From NCBI GenBank assembly GCA_020343595.1, contig CP070802.1, positions 132,989 through 196,988 on the forward strand: a DNA stretch of 64,000 nucleotides. The letters are read 5' to 3'. How positions within the stretch are numbered: the first letter of the stretch is position 1; each line of letters opens with the position of its first letter. The position numbers were made by a program, and so were the translations under genes. The DNA is from a candidate division WOR-3 bacterium (GTDB lineage Bacteria; Hydrothermota; Tepidihabitantia; SM23-42). The notes under the pieces were generated by a model, which saw only the letters and a program-made list of their open reading frames with translations, was not told the origin of the DNA and did not search any database. Positions 28,828 through 38,947 of the stretch are shown piece after piece.

Positions 28828-31350
28828 ATGATCTACATATGTGTCGGAATGATCTTTCTTACCAGTATCGGAGGCAAGATACAGGGCAATGTGACCGATG
28901 CGGCTAGTGGTGAGCCAATACAAAACGCCAACGTCCTCGTTCTCGAGACAGATATTGGCTCAGCCACCGATGCAACTGGAGATTTCTTCATTCTTAATGT
29001 CGCGCCGGGCAGGTATGTCGTTGAAGTTTCATGCCTAGGCTACGGTACCAAACGCATCTCGAACGTAAGCGTACAACACGATGAAACGGCACGGCTGAGC
29101 GTTACCCTCGAGCCAACAGCGATCGAAATATCACCCGTCACTGTAACGAGTGAGCGCCCGGCAGTATCCAAGGAAATGGTCGGCACAACTTATCTCGTTC
29201 GGAAGGAAGATATCTCTGCGCTGCCGGTCGATTATACCGTCGACCTGGTGGCTTTTCAAGCCTCAGTCGCCCGCCGGGATACAGCACTGCACGTAAGGGG
29301 CGGCCGCGCCACCGAAGTTCAGTATATGATCGATAATGTTTCGATCATCGATCCACAAACCGGAGAGGTTGCGATCAATCTCACTAAGGGCGTAATCGAT
29401 GAGGTCATCTTCCTGCCCGGCGGCTTCAATGCCGAATACGGACGTGCCATGTCAGGAATCATCAACATGATAACATCGTACCCGGCCGATCACCTGAGCA
29501 CACGGATCAAGGGAAAAACCGAACGCATCATGTCGGATGAGCAGGATTTCGGCTACGAGAACGTACAGACGTCTCTCCATCTTCCTTTCAACCGCAGGTT
29601 GAAAGGCTATTTAGCCTTGGACATCATGCATACGGATGACTGGGATCCCCGCATGTCAATTCTTCCCCACAAAGAGCGCGACGACTATTCCGTCTATGGT
29701 AAGTGGTTATACGACGCATCTGCCAAATTCAAACTGGCATTGAGTGGCGCAATGTCACGCAGCCAGTTCGATCGGTACGAAACTCTGTGGAAATTCCATC
29801 TCGACCACTACCGTTCCGACCTCGAAAGAGGCAATCTCCAGACCCTGAATTTGACATACCTTCCCGATACCCGGAAATTCTTTCAACTGACACTCAGCCG
29901 CCTACATTCCCACAAGACGTATGGCGTACGTGAAGATTCAAATTACGGCATTTTCGAAGATTTCGTATTCCGCCCGTACAGCTCACTGGAGTGGCTGAGG
30001 CCGAGCAGCGATAATCCGTACGGCGCTTACGTATGGAGACCTTACAGCGCAGGTGATTATCCTGAATACGGAGATAAGACTTCGAACGTAATGAAGGCTA
30101 CGTTCAATACAGATCTGCAGATCCACCGACACCATCAGATGAAAGCAGGGTGTGAATATGTTTTGCAGGATTTCAGCAGCCTTACTTATTTCATTAGCGA
30201 CAGCACGAGTCAGCTCCTGGATGAGTACGATTATCAACCAACAGAATACTCGATCTATGTCCAGGACAACATCGACTTCAAGGGTGTCTACGCCAAACTG
30301 GGCTGCCGTTATGACTATTTCTCCAGTGACATAGAAGGTGTCGAACCGAAGCACTATCTTTCACCGCGCCTCGGAGTCTCATTCGAAGTAACCGAGAAGT
30401 TCATTTTCCGAGCGAACCTCGGCCAGTACGCACAGCCTCCCTTATATGATTATATGTACAGCTACTACAGCCTCCTGCCGCTTCCTTCGTACCTCTTTGG
30501 ATACGTTCCGATCATCGGTAATCCTGAACTGACACCAGAAAAGACAGTGAGCTACGAACTCGGTCTTCAGGGTGAAATCAGCGCCAATCTGAGCACTACG
30601 CTCAACGCGTTCTACAAGGATGTCACCGACCTCATCGGCACGCGTCAAGTGCGGCTTCTCCCCTTACACCACGAGTATTTTCAGTACGTGAACATTGAAT
30701 ATGCAAATATCAAAGGTATCGAGACGATTCTCGAAGTGAACCATGGTCCTTTTACTGGCAGGATTTCCTATACCCTCTCGTGGGCGAAAGGAACGAGTTC
30801 CTACGCTGCGGAATTTGGTGACACCATCTACGAAAGACCAGCCAGTGATTATTATCTTGATTTTGATCAGAGGCACCGCCTTTTTGTCCAAGGGACATTT
30901 CGCCTACCCATGATGTCACAATTGCATGTCTTTGGATACTTTGGCAACGGGTTCCCCTATACGCCTCCCGACCCTGAAGGGAAATACGAAGAGAGGAACT
31001 ACGCGAGGCTCCCGTTTCAAAAACAGATCGATTGTTTACTCTCCAAGACCTTCAAGATCGCCGGCGCGGCACTGAGTCTTGATCTTGAAATCATCAATCT
31101 CCTGAATCATCAGTACGAAATCACAACCCACCTCCCGCTGATAAGAGAACCCCATCTTTCCGACTTCGATGATTATGTTACGTTCCACAGTGACTACTAC
31201 AATCCAGCGGCCGATGCAAATCACGACGGTGTAATCGCGCCTTTCGAGGATTATTGGTCTTATGTGGCGATCAGGGAAGCCACCGATGATGTTGTCTACG
31301 CCACAAGTGCACCGAGGAGGATGAGGATAGGCGTTTCGTTTAGTTATTGA
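28828..31350 (+). CDS. TonB-dependent receptor-like outer membrane protein (CarboxypepD_reg-like N-domain + plug + beta-barrel), paralog 1
   Basis: Signal peptide, GKIQGNVTD...YGTKRI (CarbopepD_reg), a plug (VTVTSERP..., QYMIDNVSIIDP), and a C-terminal ...RIGVSFSY strand. A DANHDGVI calcium-binding-like loop sits near the C-terminus. The start was trimmed to the ATG at 28828 after AAGGGGGAG. Confidence 0.65.
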   Translation: MIYICVGMIFLTSIGGKIQGNVTDAASGEPIQNANVLVLETDIGSATDATGDFFILNVAPGRYVVEVSCLGYGTKRISNVSVQHDETARLSVTLEPTAIEISPVTVTSERPAVSKEMVGTTYLVRKEDISALPVDYTVDLVAFQASVARRDTALHVRGGRATEVQYMIDNVSIIDPQTGEVAINLTKGVIDEVIFLPGGFNAEYGRAMSGIINMITSYPADHLSTRIKGKTERIMSDEQDFGYENVQTSLHLPFNRRLKGYLALDIMHTDDWDPRMSILPHKERDDYSVYGKWLYDASAKFKLALSGAMSRSQFDRYETLWKFHLDHYRSDLERGNLQTLNLTYLPDTRKFFQLTLSRLHSHKTYGVREDSNYGIFEDFVFRPYSSLEWLRPSSDNPYGAYVWRPYSAGDYPEYGDKTSNVMKATFNTDLQIHRHHQMKAGCEYVLQDFSSLTYFISDSTSQLLDEYDYQPTEYSIYVQDNIDFKGVYAKLGCRYDYFSSDIEGVEPKHYLSPRLGVSFEVTEKFIFRANLGQYAQPPLYDYMYSYYSLLPLPSYLFGYVPIIGNPELTPEKTVSYELGLQGEISANLSTTLNAFYKDVTDLIGTRQVRLLPLHHEYFQYVNIEYANIKGIETILEVNHGPFTGRISYTLSWAKGTSSYAAEFGDTIYERPASDYYLDFDQRHRLFVQGTFRLPMMSQLHVFGYFGNGFPYTPPDPEGKYEERNYARLPFQKQIDCLLSKTFKIAGAALSLDLEIINLLNHQYEITTHLPLIREPHLSDFDDYVTFHSDYYNPAADANHDGVIAPFEDYWSYVAIREATDDVVYATSAPRRMRIGVSFSY

Positions 31351-31412
31351 TTTGTAGTGATCTTACTTCTTTGAAAATCTATTAGCTGTACCTGTAGTCT
31401 GGGAGGTTTGAA

Positions 31413-33938
31413 ATGATTCATGTCATGATGGCGGTTATCCTGTTTGGCAGTGTTACCGGTAAGATCCAGGGCAGGATTGTTGACGGCAAAACGGACGAGC
31501 CCATTGCATATGCCAACGTCACCGTGCTCGACACCGAACTCGGCGCGGCGACCGATGACGCCGGCTATTTCTTCATCCTCAACGTACCCCCGGGTGAATA
31601 TACCGTAGAAGTATCCTTTATCGGTTACCAGACAAAAAATATCGCGAATGTGATCGTCGAGTATGATAAGACCGTCCGCCTCGAGGTCAGCCTGATGCCT
31701 TCGGCAATCGAGCTTTCACCGGTTACCGTGACCAGTGAACGGCCGGCAGTGTCCAAAGACATGGTTGGTACCACCTATCTCATTCGCAAGACCGAGCTTC
31801 CCTATTTGCCGGTTGATTATACGATCGAGCTGGTGGCGTTCCAGGCTGCAGTTGCCCGTACTGACACGGCGCTTCATGTGCGCGGCGGCCGCGCTACCGA
31901 AGTCCAGTATATGATCGACAATGTTCCGATCATCGATCCCCAGACCGGCGATGCGGCAATAACCATCTCCAAGGGTGTGGTTGACGAGGTCATATTCCTG
32001 CCCGGTGGTTTCGATGCCGAATACGGCCGCGCCATGTCCGGTATTATCAATATGATAACGGCCTATCCGGCTGGCGATTTGAAGATGAAAGGTTACGGCA
32101 AGACCGAGAAGATCATGCCCGAGTATTATGATTTTGGTTACCAGAACGTCCAATCCTCAATACATTTACCAGTGACCAGGAAGTTCAAAGGATTTTTCTC
32201 CTTCGACGCGATGGTAACCGATGACTGGGACCCACGCCTGTATCTGATCTCACATAAGCAGCGACAGGATTATTCAATCTATGGCAAGTGGCTATATGCA
32301 CCGTCAGGAAAGATCAAATTCGGAATCAGCGGTGCGAAGTCGAGAAGTCAGTTCGACCGTTACGAAACACTCTGGAAATTCCGGCTTAATCACTACCGCT
32401 CAGACTTGATGAACGGCGATCTCCAGGCTTTTAACATAAACTTCTTGCCAGATTCGCGCCGGTTTTTCGACTTGACCCTGAGCCGTCTGTATACCGCAAC
32501 GACATACGGTGTGCGCAATCCAGGACCATACGATTTGCTTGATGACTATACTTTCCGTGATTATCAAACCTATGAGTACCCATGGATCGGGATCATGAAC
32601 CCGTTCGGCGTATACCTACGCAAGCCTTACAGTGAAGGTGATTATCCAAGGTATCAGGATAAATCCTCAGAAATATACCGGGCAACACTGCGAGCAAACA
32701 TGCAGATCCACAAGAACCACGAATTGAGAACCGGAGGTGAGTATGTCTATCACGATATCTATAACCTGACCTACTTCACGAGCGATTCGATCGACCCGGT
32801 TTTGGATGAGTATCAATATAACCCGACAGAATACTCTATCTATGTCCAGGATAATCTCGATTATGAAGGTATATACCTTAAACTGGGCTGTCGTTACGAT
32901 TATTTTTCAAATGATATCGTAGGTGCGGAGGCGAACACGGCGATTTCGCCACGGCTCGGTGTTTCCTTTCTCGTCACCGATAAATTCCTCTTCCGCGCCA
33001 ACATAGGCCGGTATGCCCAGCCTCCATTATTCAACCAGATGTACGATTACTATAACATCCTGCCGCTCCCGCTCTATGTTCTGTCCCGACCCGATGAATG
33101 GCCGGTCGTCGGCAATCCGAATCTCCAGCTCGAGCAGACAACCAGTTATGAGATCGGTCTGCAAGGCGAGATACGTGAAAACTTGAGCGCCACGGTAAAT
33201 GCTTTCTATAAAGATGTTTCAAATCTTATCGGCACGCGTCATGTTGAAGCGCTGCCGTACGATTATGACCAATATGTTAATATAGACTATGCAAATATTA
33301 AGGGGATCGAAACGATCCTGGAATTCGTGAATTCAATATTCTCGGGCAAGATATCTTACACACTTTCCTGGACCCAGGGTACGAGTTCATACGCAGGGGA
33401 GTACCTTGATCCAGATATCCCGAGGCCCACGACCGAATACTACCTCGATTTTGACCAGCGGAACCGGATCTTTATCCAGGGTCTGATCCACCTTCCCTTT
33501 GAGTCTCAATTCTACGTGTTTGGCTATTTTGGCGATGGTTTTCCCTACGTGCCGCCCGGCCCTGAAGGTAAGTATGAAGAGCGCGGGGTCTTGCGGTTAC
33601 CATCCCAGAAGCAGATCGATTGTGTGCTTGCCAAATCTATTAACATAGCCAACCTCACTTTCAGCCTGAGCTTTGAGGTGCTGAACCTCCTCGACGAAAG
33701 ATACCTGGTTGCACCCCATGCACCGCTGATAGAAGAGCAACAGCGCTGGGATTTCCATGATTACTACACGTTTAAACACCGTTACTACAGTCCGGCAGCC
33801 GATGCGAACCATGACGGTCTACTGACACCTTCTGAGGCATATGATGCTTACACTGCAGCTTATCATGCTACAGACGATTGGGTAAATGCATATTCACCGC
33901 CCCGCCGGGCTCGGATCGCCCTGCAGGTCAGTTTTTAA
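31413..33938 (+). CDS. TonB-dependent receptor-like outer membrane protein, paralog 2 (tandem duplicate)
   Basis: Collinear with the upstream paralog throughout, with roughly 60% identity by eye. It has the same DANHDGLL loop and a C-terminal ...RIALQVSF strand. Confidence 0.65.
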   Translation: MIHVMMAVILFGSVTGKIQGRIVDGKTDEPIAYANVTVLDTELGAATDDAGYFFILNVPPGEYTVEVSFIGYQTKNIANVIVEYDKTVRLEVSLMPSAIELSPVTVTSERPAVSKDMVGTTYLIRKTELPYLPVDYTIELVAFQAAVARTDTALHVRGGRATEVQYMIDNVPIIDPQTGDAAITISKGVVDEVIFLPGGFDAEYGRAMSGIINMITAYPAGDLKMKGYGKTEKIMPEYYDFGYQNVQSSIHLPVTRKFKGFFSFDAMVTDDWDPRLYLISHKQRQDYSIYGKWLYAPSGKIKFGISGAKSRSQFDRYETLWKFRLNHYRSDLMNGDLQAFNINFLPDSRRFFDLTLSRLYTATTYGVRNPGPYDLLDDYTFRDYQTYEYPWIGIMNPFGVYLRKPYSEGDYPRYQDKSSEIYRATLRANMQIHKNHELRTGGEYVYHDIYNLTYFTSDSIDPVLDEYQYNPTEYSIYVQDNLDYEGIYLKLGCRYDYFSNDIVGAEANTAISPRLGVSFLVTDKFLFRANIGRYAQPPLFNQMYDYYNILPLPLYVLSRPDEWPVVGNPNLQLEQTTSYEIGLQGEIRENLSATVNAFYKDVSNLIGTRHVEALPYDYDQYVNIDYANIKGIETILEFVNSIFSGKISYTLSWTQGTSSYAGEYLDPDIPRPTTEYYLDFDQRNRIFIQGLIHLPFESQFYVFGYFGDGFPYVPPGPEGKYEERGVLRLPSQKQIDCVLAKSINIANLTFSLSFEVLNLLDERYLVAPHAPLIEEQQRWDFHDYYTFKHRYYSPAADANHDGLLTPSEAYDAYTAAYHATDDWVNAYSPPRRARIALQVSF

Positions 33939-33951
33939 ACAAGGAGGCGTA

Positions 33952-34401
33952 ATGCTTTTCAGAATAAATATCGGTACGCGCCTCAAGAGCACCGTGTTCC
34001 ACGCTATGATCATTGCGCTGACTTTTGTCCTCATCGCCGTCGGCTGCAAGGATCCCGATGAGTATGATCCAAACGAACCGCTAGACCCGCCACCCGGTCC
34101 GCCGAATCTTCTCTTTCCGTTGCCAGATACAAATCTGTGCAGTTCTTCGGTTTTTCAGAACGTCTTTTTTGACTGGAATATTGTGGGCGGCTCTGAAGTT
34201 TACCAGATCCAGGTCGATAGTCTAATCACCTTTGAGACGGCTGAGCTACTTCAATATTATTATCCGCCGACGTATATTCAGTTATACCGTTACGACAGTA
34301 GAGCGACTTACTATGCGCGAATACGAGCCGGCAGTCACCGGTGGACCAATTATACTGACTGGTCCGAGGTTCGGAGATTCTACCTGCGACCCGACCCATA
34401 G
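33952..34401 (+). CDS. Small lipoprotein (lipobox LIAVGC), Pro-rich linker + beta-rich domain, paralog A
   Basis: Start ATG 33952 after AAGGAGG. Sequence ...AVGCKDPDEYDPNEPLDPPPGPP...YYARIRAGSHRWTNYTDWSEVRRFYL. Confidence 0.55.
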   Translation: MLFRINIGTRLKSTVFHAMIIALTFVLIAVGCKDPDEYDPNEPLDPPPGPPNLLFPLPDTNLCSSSVFQNVFFDWNIVGGSEVYQIQVDSLITFETAELLQYYYPPTYIQLYRYDSRATYYARIRAGSHRWTNYTDWSEVRRFYLRPDP

Positions 34402-34497
34402 TGTGCTCCTGAGTGCGCATGCTGAGTATATAGACCTGATTCGTCACGGGATATTATCTATTGCAAAAGATACCATTGCGTGTAATATATAGTAGAA

Positions 34498-34920
34498 ATG
34501 TTCAATCGCACATTCAATTTTCTATCCATCCTTACTCTAATCTCGGTCTTTGTGCTGCTGGCAAGAATTTCCTGTACCGATCCTGACGAATACAATCCTC
34601 AAATACAAAAAATCCCTCCTCCGGATCCTCCCGAAGTCATAAACCCACTGCTTGATACTGTCATTTGTGGTGGTCCGGTCTTCTTCGACTGGACAGTACC
34701 AGCAGGCTCCGAGATATTCCAGATTCAGACTGACACGACGCCTTCATTCAATACCGCGGAAATGTTCCAAACCTTCGCGTCAGCAGCGATCCTGGGCCTG
34801 GAATACTACGGAACGAGGAGAATCACGTATTACGCAAGAATACGCGCCGGTAGTTCAGGCTGGTCAGATTACACGGTTTGGTCCGATATCAGACGATTCT
34901 ACCTCTGGCAAGAATCCTGA
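34498..34920 (+). CDS. Small lipoprotein paralog B (lipobox LARISC)
   Basis: CTDPDEYNPQ...PPPDPP...YYARIRAGSSGWSDYTVWSDIRRFYL, collinear with paralog A. Confidence 0.55.
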   Translation: MFNRTFNFLSILTLISVFVLLARISCTDPDEYNPQIQKIPPPDPPEVINPLLDTVICGGPVFFDWTVPAGSEIFQIQTDTTPSFNTAEMFQTFASAAILGLEYYGTRRITYYARIRAGSSGWSDYTVWSDIRRFYLWQES

Positions 34921-34921
34921 C

Positions 34922-35791
34922 ATGAAAAACTTCTTTAAAAGCATTGAGATCGGCCAGCCCGTTTTCCTCAGAAACCTTTTGATCCATCCGATCTCCGGTC
35001 CCTCAGGGAACGGCATCGAGATCTCATCGCTTGAAGATATTCTGAGTGATTCCAGGGGTGAATTCAGCGAACTGGAGCCGCCCGACATCAACCGGATCTC
35101 ATTTTTCAACAACGCGGATTCCGCAGTACTCATGCTGGACGGTGAAGAAGTCATCGGCTCTCTGCAGAACCGTATCCTCGCCGGCTCAACATTGGTCATG
35201 CCCCGGGCAAGGACCGAAATGCCGGTCATCTGCGCCGAAGAGGGCAGGTGGGAAAGCATCGGCTCGTTTGGAACAGGATACTGCTCATACCCCACAATCC
35301 GCGCCATTCTCTCGCGGCGCGGCAGGGGGTCGAACGGGTTGCAGAAGAAGATCTGGCATGAGATCGAACGTAAACTGACAGTCACAAAAACTCTCAGCAC
35401 AACCTCTTCGATGCACGATATATACAATAATCTTGATGATGAAGTCACGCGCTATCTCGAGGATTTTCAGGGTCTGGGTCCTGACACCATCGGCTTTATC
35501 GGCATCGCCGGAAAGAAGATTTTGGGCTGCGATATGTTCCTGAGCAATGCCGTCTACCGTAGATTTGAGAATAAACTCATACGCAGTTATGCGCTCGATG
35601 CCATCGAATACCGCAGGACATCGGGCGACAGGATCGATGCCCATGCCTTCCTTGAGGGTATAATCAGCTCGGTAAACAAGAAAAGATTGCCTCGAGACAC
35701 TCATCATTTTACCATGAAAGACAGCAGAGCAACCGGACAGGGATCTTTTGCCGATGGCCGCGTAGTACATCTTTCAGTCTTCCCAAAATAG
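34922..35791 (+). CDS. Hypothetical protein (289 aa), translationally coupled to downstream kinase-helicase fusion
   Basis: The tool ORF 34652-35791 overlaps the lipoprotein gene in another frame. The start was trimmed to the ATG at 34922, 1 nt after the lipoprotein stop. No recognisable domain. It ends 3 nt before the GTG start of the kinase-helicase gene. Confidence 0.5.
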   Translation: MKNFFKSIEIGQPVFLRNLLIHPISGPSGNGIEISSLEDILSDSRGEFSELEPPDINRISFFNNADSAVLMLDGEEVIGSLQNRILAGSTLVMPRARTEMPVICAEEGRWESIGSFGTGYCSYPTIRAILSRRGRGSNGLQKKIWHEIERKLTVTKTLSTTSSMHDIYNNLDDEVTRYLEDFQGLGPDTIGFIGIAGKKILGCDMFLSNAVYRRFENKLIRSYALDAIEYRRTSGDRIDAHAFLEGIISSVNKKRLPRDTHHFTMKDSRATGQGSFADGRVVHLSVFPK

Positions 35792-35794
35792 TCT

Positions 35795-38317
35795 GTGCTG
35801 CTCAAGAAATTAGGTAAATACGAGATCATAGAATGGCTCGGGGGAGGCAGATTCGGCGATGTCTTCCTTGCCCGTGATACGATCATCGATAAGAACTTCG
35901 CGCTGAAGATCTCCCGTATGCGGCGTGAAGAAATTGCCATGCTGAAAGACGAAGCAATTCTGCTTTCGTCCCTGAATCATCCGAACATTGTACGTTTCTA
36001 TAACATTGACTTCATCGACAATAAATTCGTGCTGGTGATGGAATACGTCGAAGGAAATAATCTGCGTGATATCATTACCGAAGGCGGTATCGATATCAGG
36101 ACAACGATAACGATACTTAACCAGATCATCGACGCCCTCTCCTATGCACACGGTGCCAAAGTGCTTCACAGGGATCTCAAACCCGAAAACATCCTGGCAG
36201 CGAAGAAAAAGAAGGACATATCAATAAAGATCACCGATTTTGGCCTCGCAAAGTTCATCCGCGCTGATTCGATATCGGCGTCGAGCGCCGGCACCCCGAT
36301 CTACATGGCACCGGAATCCTGGGCGGGAAGCTACAGCGAGAAATCTGACATATGGAGTCTGTGTGTAATCCTCTATGAGATGCTTACTGGAACCCCACCT
36401 TTTCTTGATGACAACCTGGACGGGCTCAAGAGAAAGATCGAGAAGTCCAAATTCACCTCACCGGCGATTCTGAGACACAACATTCCGGAACAGCTCGAGA
36501 AGATGATCATGTCAGGACTTACACCCGACCCGTTGACTCGGCCCGGCATAGCAGAGATCATGGATTACGTCAGCCAAATCGGCAAAGGCATCCGGGGTGA
36601 GAGAGTACGTGTAATGAGAGAGAAACCCGGCGCTATAAAACTCACGCCCGTGCAGAAAGAAATCATCGACTCCCTGTCCGGCGCGGTGCTCGTGCTGGGC
36701 CAGGCGGGCTGCGGAAAAACCACAACCCTTACCGAGGCCGTGAATACACTGATTGGCAAAGGAGTCCCGATCGCCCGCATACTGGTATGTACTTTCACCA
36801 ATAAGGCAGCAAATGACATACATGAGAGATTGACGAAGACGAATCGGTTCGACGTCCATGATCTGTGGCTGGGCACCCTGCACACGCTGGGATTTCGCAT
36901 CCTGCGCCGCGATGCCGAACGATTGGACATCGACCCCGATTTTACGATAGAAGATTCAAAGAGCATCGTCCGGGCAATCGGGATTGATGTTGGAAAGTTC
37001 CGTATCAACGTAGTGTTGAGATTCATTGAGATGCTGAAATCAAAGGGCGTAACGGCTAAGGATTTCGAACCCAGGAATAAGTGGGAAGAAACGTGTTCGG
37101 ATGTCTACAACAAATACGAAACCTACACGAGGGAGAGCAACATACTCGACTACGATGATTTGATCCTTCTTTCGATTAGATTGCTTGAAGACAACGTTGA
37201 TATCAGACAGGAGTACCAGAACATGTTCGACCACATCTTCGTCGATGAGCTTCAAGATATCAACCCTGCGCAGTACGATTTGATCAGGCTTATATATAAG
37301 GAAAGAATTTTCTTCACGGGCGATGGCGATCAGGCGATCTACGGTTGGCGTGGTGCGCAAAAGGAACTAATCCACCGCGTTCCGAAGGATTATCCGGCCG
37401 TCAAAATGTTCCAGCTCAATCAGAGCTTCCGTCTCGCTCAGGGTATCATCGATATCGCAAACAGCCTCATGCACCGGGAGCCGACCGTTATCCCAACAGG
37501 GCAAAAGAGTGATGTATTCGTATACGCCGCAAAATCCGAAGAAGACGAGGTTAGGTTCCTGACTAAGGAGATAGCCAAACTCAGGAAAGAAGATTTCAGC
37601 TACCGGGATATCGTTGTCCTGTGTCGCATGAACCAGCTCGCACGCGTCTATCAAGAAGCAATGGCAAAAGCGCGCATACCACATGCATTGATCAGCGGTG
37701 CATCCCTATATGAACGCAGCGAAGTAAAACCCATCATCGATTACCTTGAGACGCTGAAAGAATGTCAGCTGACGGAAAAACCACCTCCTAATTTCGCCGC
37801 TCGAATGAACAACCTACTGAGGATACCAAAGCGGAAAGCCCGACGTGCGCAAGGAGTCTATGAACACCATCTGGCTAATTTGATGATGCTCGAACCGAAG
37901 AAGATCATAGATGACATAATTGAATTGATCGGTTTGCACGGTGTCGAAACAGAAGAACTCCGGAACCTGGCAAGGGAGCTGACTTCCAATAATCTCGTTA
38001 ATTTCCTGAATCAGGTGCGACTCGCACGAGAACTTGACCTGGCCGGCTGGAGCAAAGACCTGGTTAAGGTTATGACCGTTCATAGTGCAAAGGGATTGGA
38101 ATTTCCGGTCGTATTTGTTGTCGATCTGGTAGAAAATATCTTCCCTCTTACCAGAAAGATATCTTCTCAGAAGGAAATCGATGAGGAACGTAGATTGTGT
38201 TATGTCGCATTGACGCGGGCTCAGAAGAAACTATACTTGTTATACCCGAAGTGGCGTCACGGCCGGTATCAGAAACCATCCCGGTTTCTGGTCGATATGT
38301 TCAAGACCGACCTCTAA
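35795..38317 (+). CDS. Fusion protein: N-terminal Hanks-type Ser/Thr protein kinase domain + C-terminal UvrD/PcrA/Rep-type SF1 DNA helicase (840 aa)
   Basis: Kinase motifs: GGGRFGDV (Gly loop), FALKI (VAIK), HRDLKPENI, DFG, MAPE. Helicase motifs: I GQAGCGKTTT, Ia TFTNKAANDI, II FVDELQD, III GDGDQAIYGWRGA, VI VHSAKGLEFPVVFVV and VALTRAQKKLYL. Confidence 0.8.
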   Translation: MLLKKLGKYEIIEWLGGGRFGDVFLARDTIIDKNFALKISRMRREEIAMLKDEAILLSSLNHPNIVRFYNIDFIDNKFVLVMEYVEGNNLRDIITEGGIDIRTTITILNQIIDALSYAHGAKVLHRDLKPENILAAKKKKDISIKITDFGLAKFIRADSISASSAGTPIYMAPESWAGSYSEKSDIWSLCVILYEMLTGTPPFLDDNLDGLKRKIEKSKFTSPAILRHNIPEQLEKMIMSGLTPDPLTRPGIAEIMDYVSQIGKGIRGERVRVMREKPGAIKLTPVQKEIIDSLSGAVLVLGQAGCGKTTTLTEAVNTLIGKGVPIARILVCTFTNKAANDIHERLTKTNRFDVHDLWLGTLHTLGFRILRRDAERLDIDPDFTIEDSKSIVRAIGIDVGKFRINVVLRFIEMLKSKGVTAKDFEPRNKWEETCSDVYNKYETYTRESNILDYDDLILLSIRLLEDNVDIRQEYQNMFDHIFVDELQDINPAQYDLIRLIYKERIFFTGDGDQAIYGWRGAQKELIHRVPKDYPAVKMFQLNQSFRLAQGIIDIANSLMHREPTVIPTGQKSDVFVYAAKSEEDEVRFLTKEIAKLRKEDFSYRDIVVLCRMNQLARVYQEAMAKARIPHALISGASLYERSEVKPIIDYLETLKECQLTEKPPPNFAARMNNLLRIPKRKARRAQGVYEHHLANLMMLEPKKIIDDIIELIGLHGVETEELRNLARELTSNNLVNFLNQVRLARELDLAGWSKDLVKVMTVHSAKGLEFPVVFVVDLVENIFPLTRKISSQKEIDEERRLCYVALTRAQKKLYLLYPKWRHGRYQKPSRFLVDMFKTDL

Positions 38318-38318
38318 G

Positions 38319-38936
38319 CTACAAACCCTTGCGATACCGCGAACGTTTTCTGTAGTATATTACTGCCAGAATGACAATAACTGCCGCCAATACGGAGGCA
38401 GCGATTACGGTATAATTCCTCAGAAAGAGTGATGCTTCATCCCATGACGCACCAACATAAAAACCCACAGCGATCAAAAATGCATTCCACACGAGCACGC
38501 TGATAGCACTGAAGATAAGGAACTTTCCCCTCGCGATCCCGGACATGCCTGCCGCGAAGCTGATCGGCGCGCGCATGCCGGGCAGGAACCGGTTAAGAAT
38601 CAAAATCAGATCCCCGCGTTCGCGGAATCTCTTTCTCGCCCGCTCCACGAGACGCAAGGGGAAGATGCGGCGCAGAAAACTGCGGGAAATGAATGCCAGC
38701 AGACCATCCCCGTGCTTCTTGCCGATCACGTAGAGAAGCATGATACCGCTGATGCTGCCCAGAACAGTTAACGCAAACAATAAGTACGGATCATAGTATC
38801 CGCGTCCTGCAAGGAACGAGAAGACCAGGACAAAGGCATCTGAGGGGTAAGGCGGAAAGACACTCTCGAACATCGCATTGAAGAAGAGAAATATATAGAT
38901 AAGAAGTAAACCCTGTCTGCTTATCCACTCAAACAT
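38319..38936 (-). CDS. DedA family (SNARE-associated/TVP38) membrane protein
   Basis: Multi-TM protein with a DedA-like core (FLAGRGYYDPY..., LNRFLPGMRAPISFAAGM). Confidence 0.75.
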   Translation of the reverse strand: MFEWISRQGLLLIYIFLFFNAMFESVFPPYPSDAFVLVFSFLAGRGYYDPYLLFALTVLGSISGIMLLYVIGKKHGDGLLAFISRSFLRRIFPLRLVERARKRFRERGDLILILNRFLPGMRAPISFAAGMSGIARGKFLIFSAISVLVWNAFLIAVGFYVGASWDEASLFLRNYTVIAASVLAAVIVILAVIYYRKRSRYRKGL

Positions 38937-38947
38937 GTTCTTCCCGG

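Noticed and set aside
34652-34921. N-terminal 90-codon extension of the 379-aa tool ORF
   Set aside because: It overlaps the lipoprotein gene 34498-34920 in another frame. Its composition is Arg/Ser-rich and unlike the downstream part of the ORF. A clean ATG follows the lipoprotein stop at 34922.
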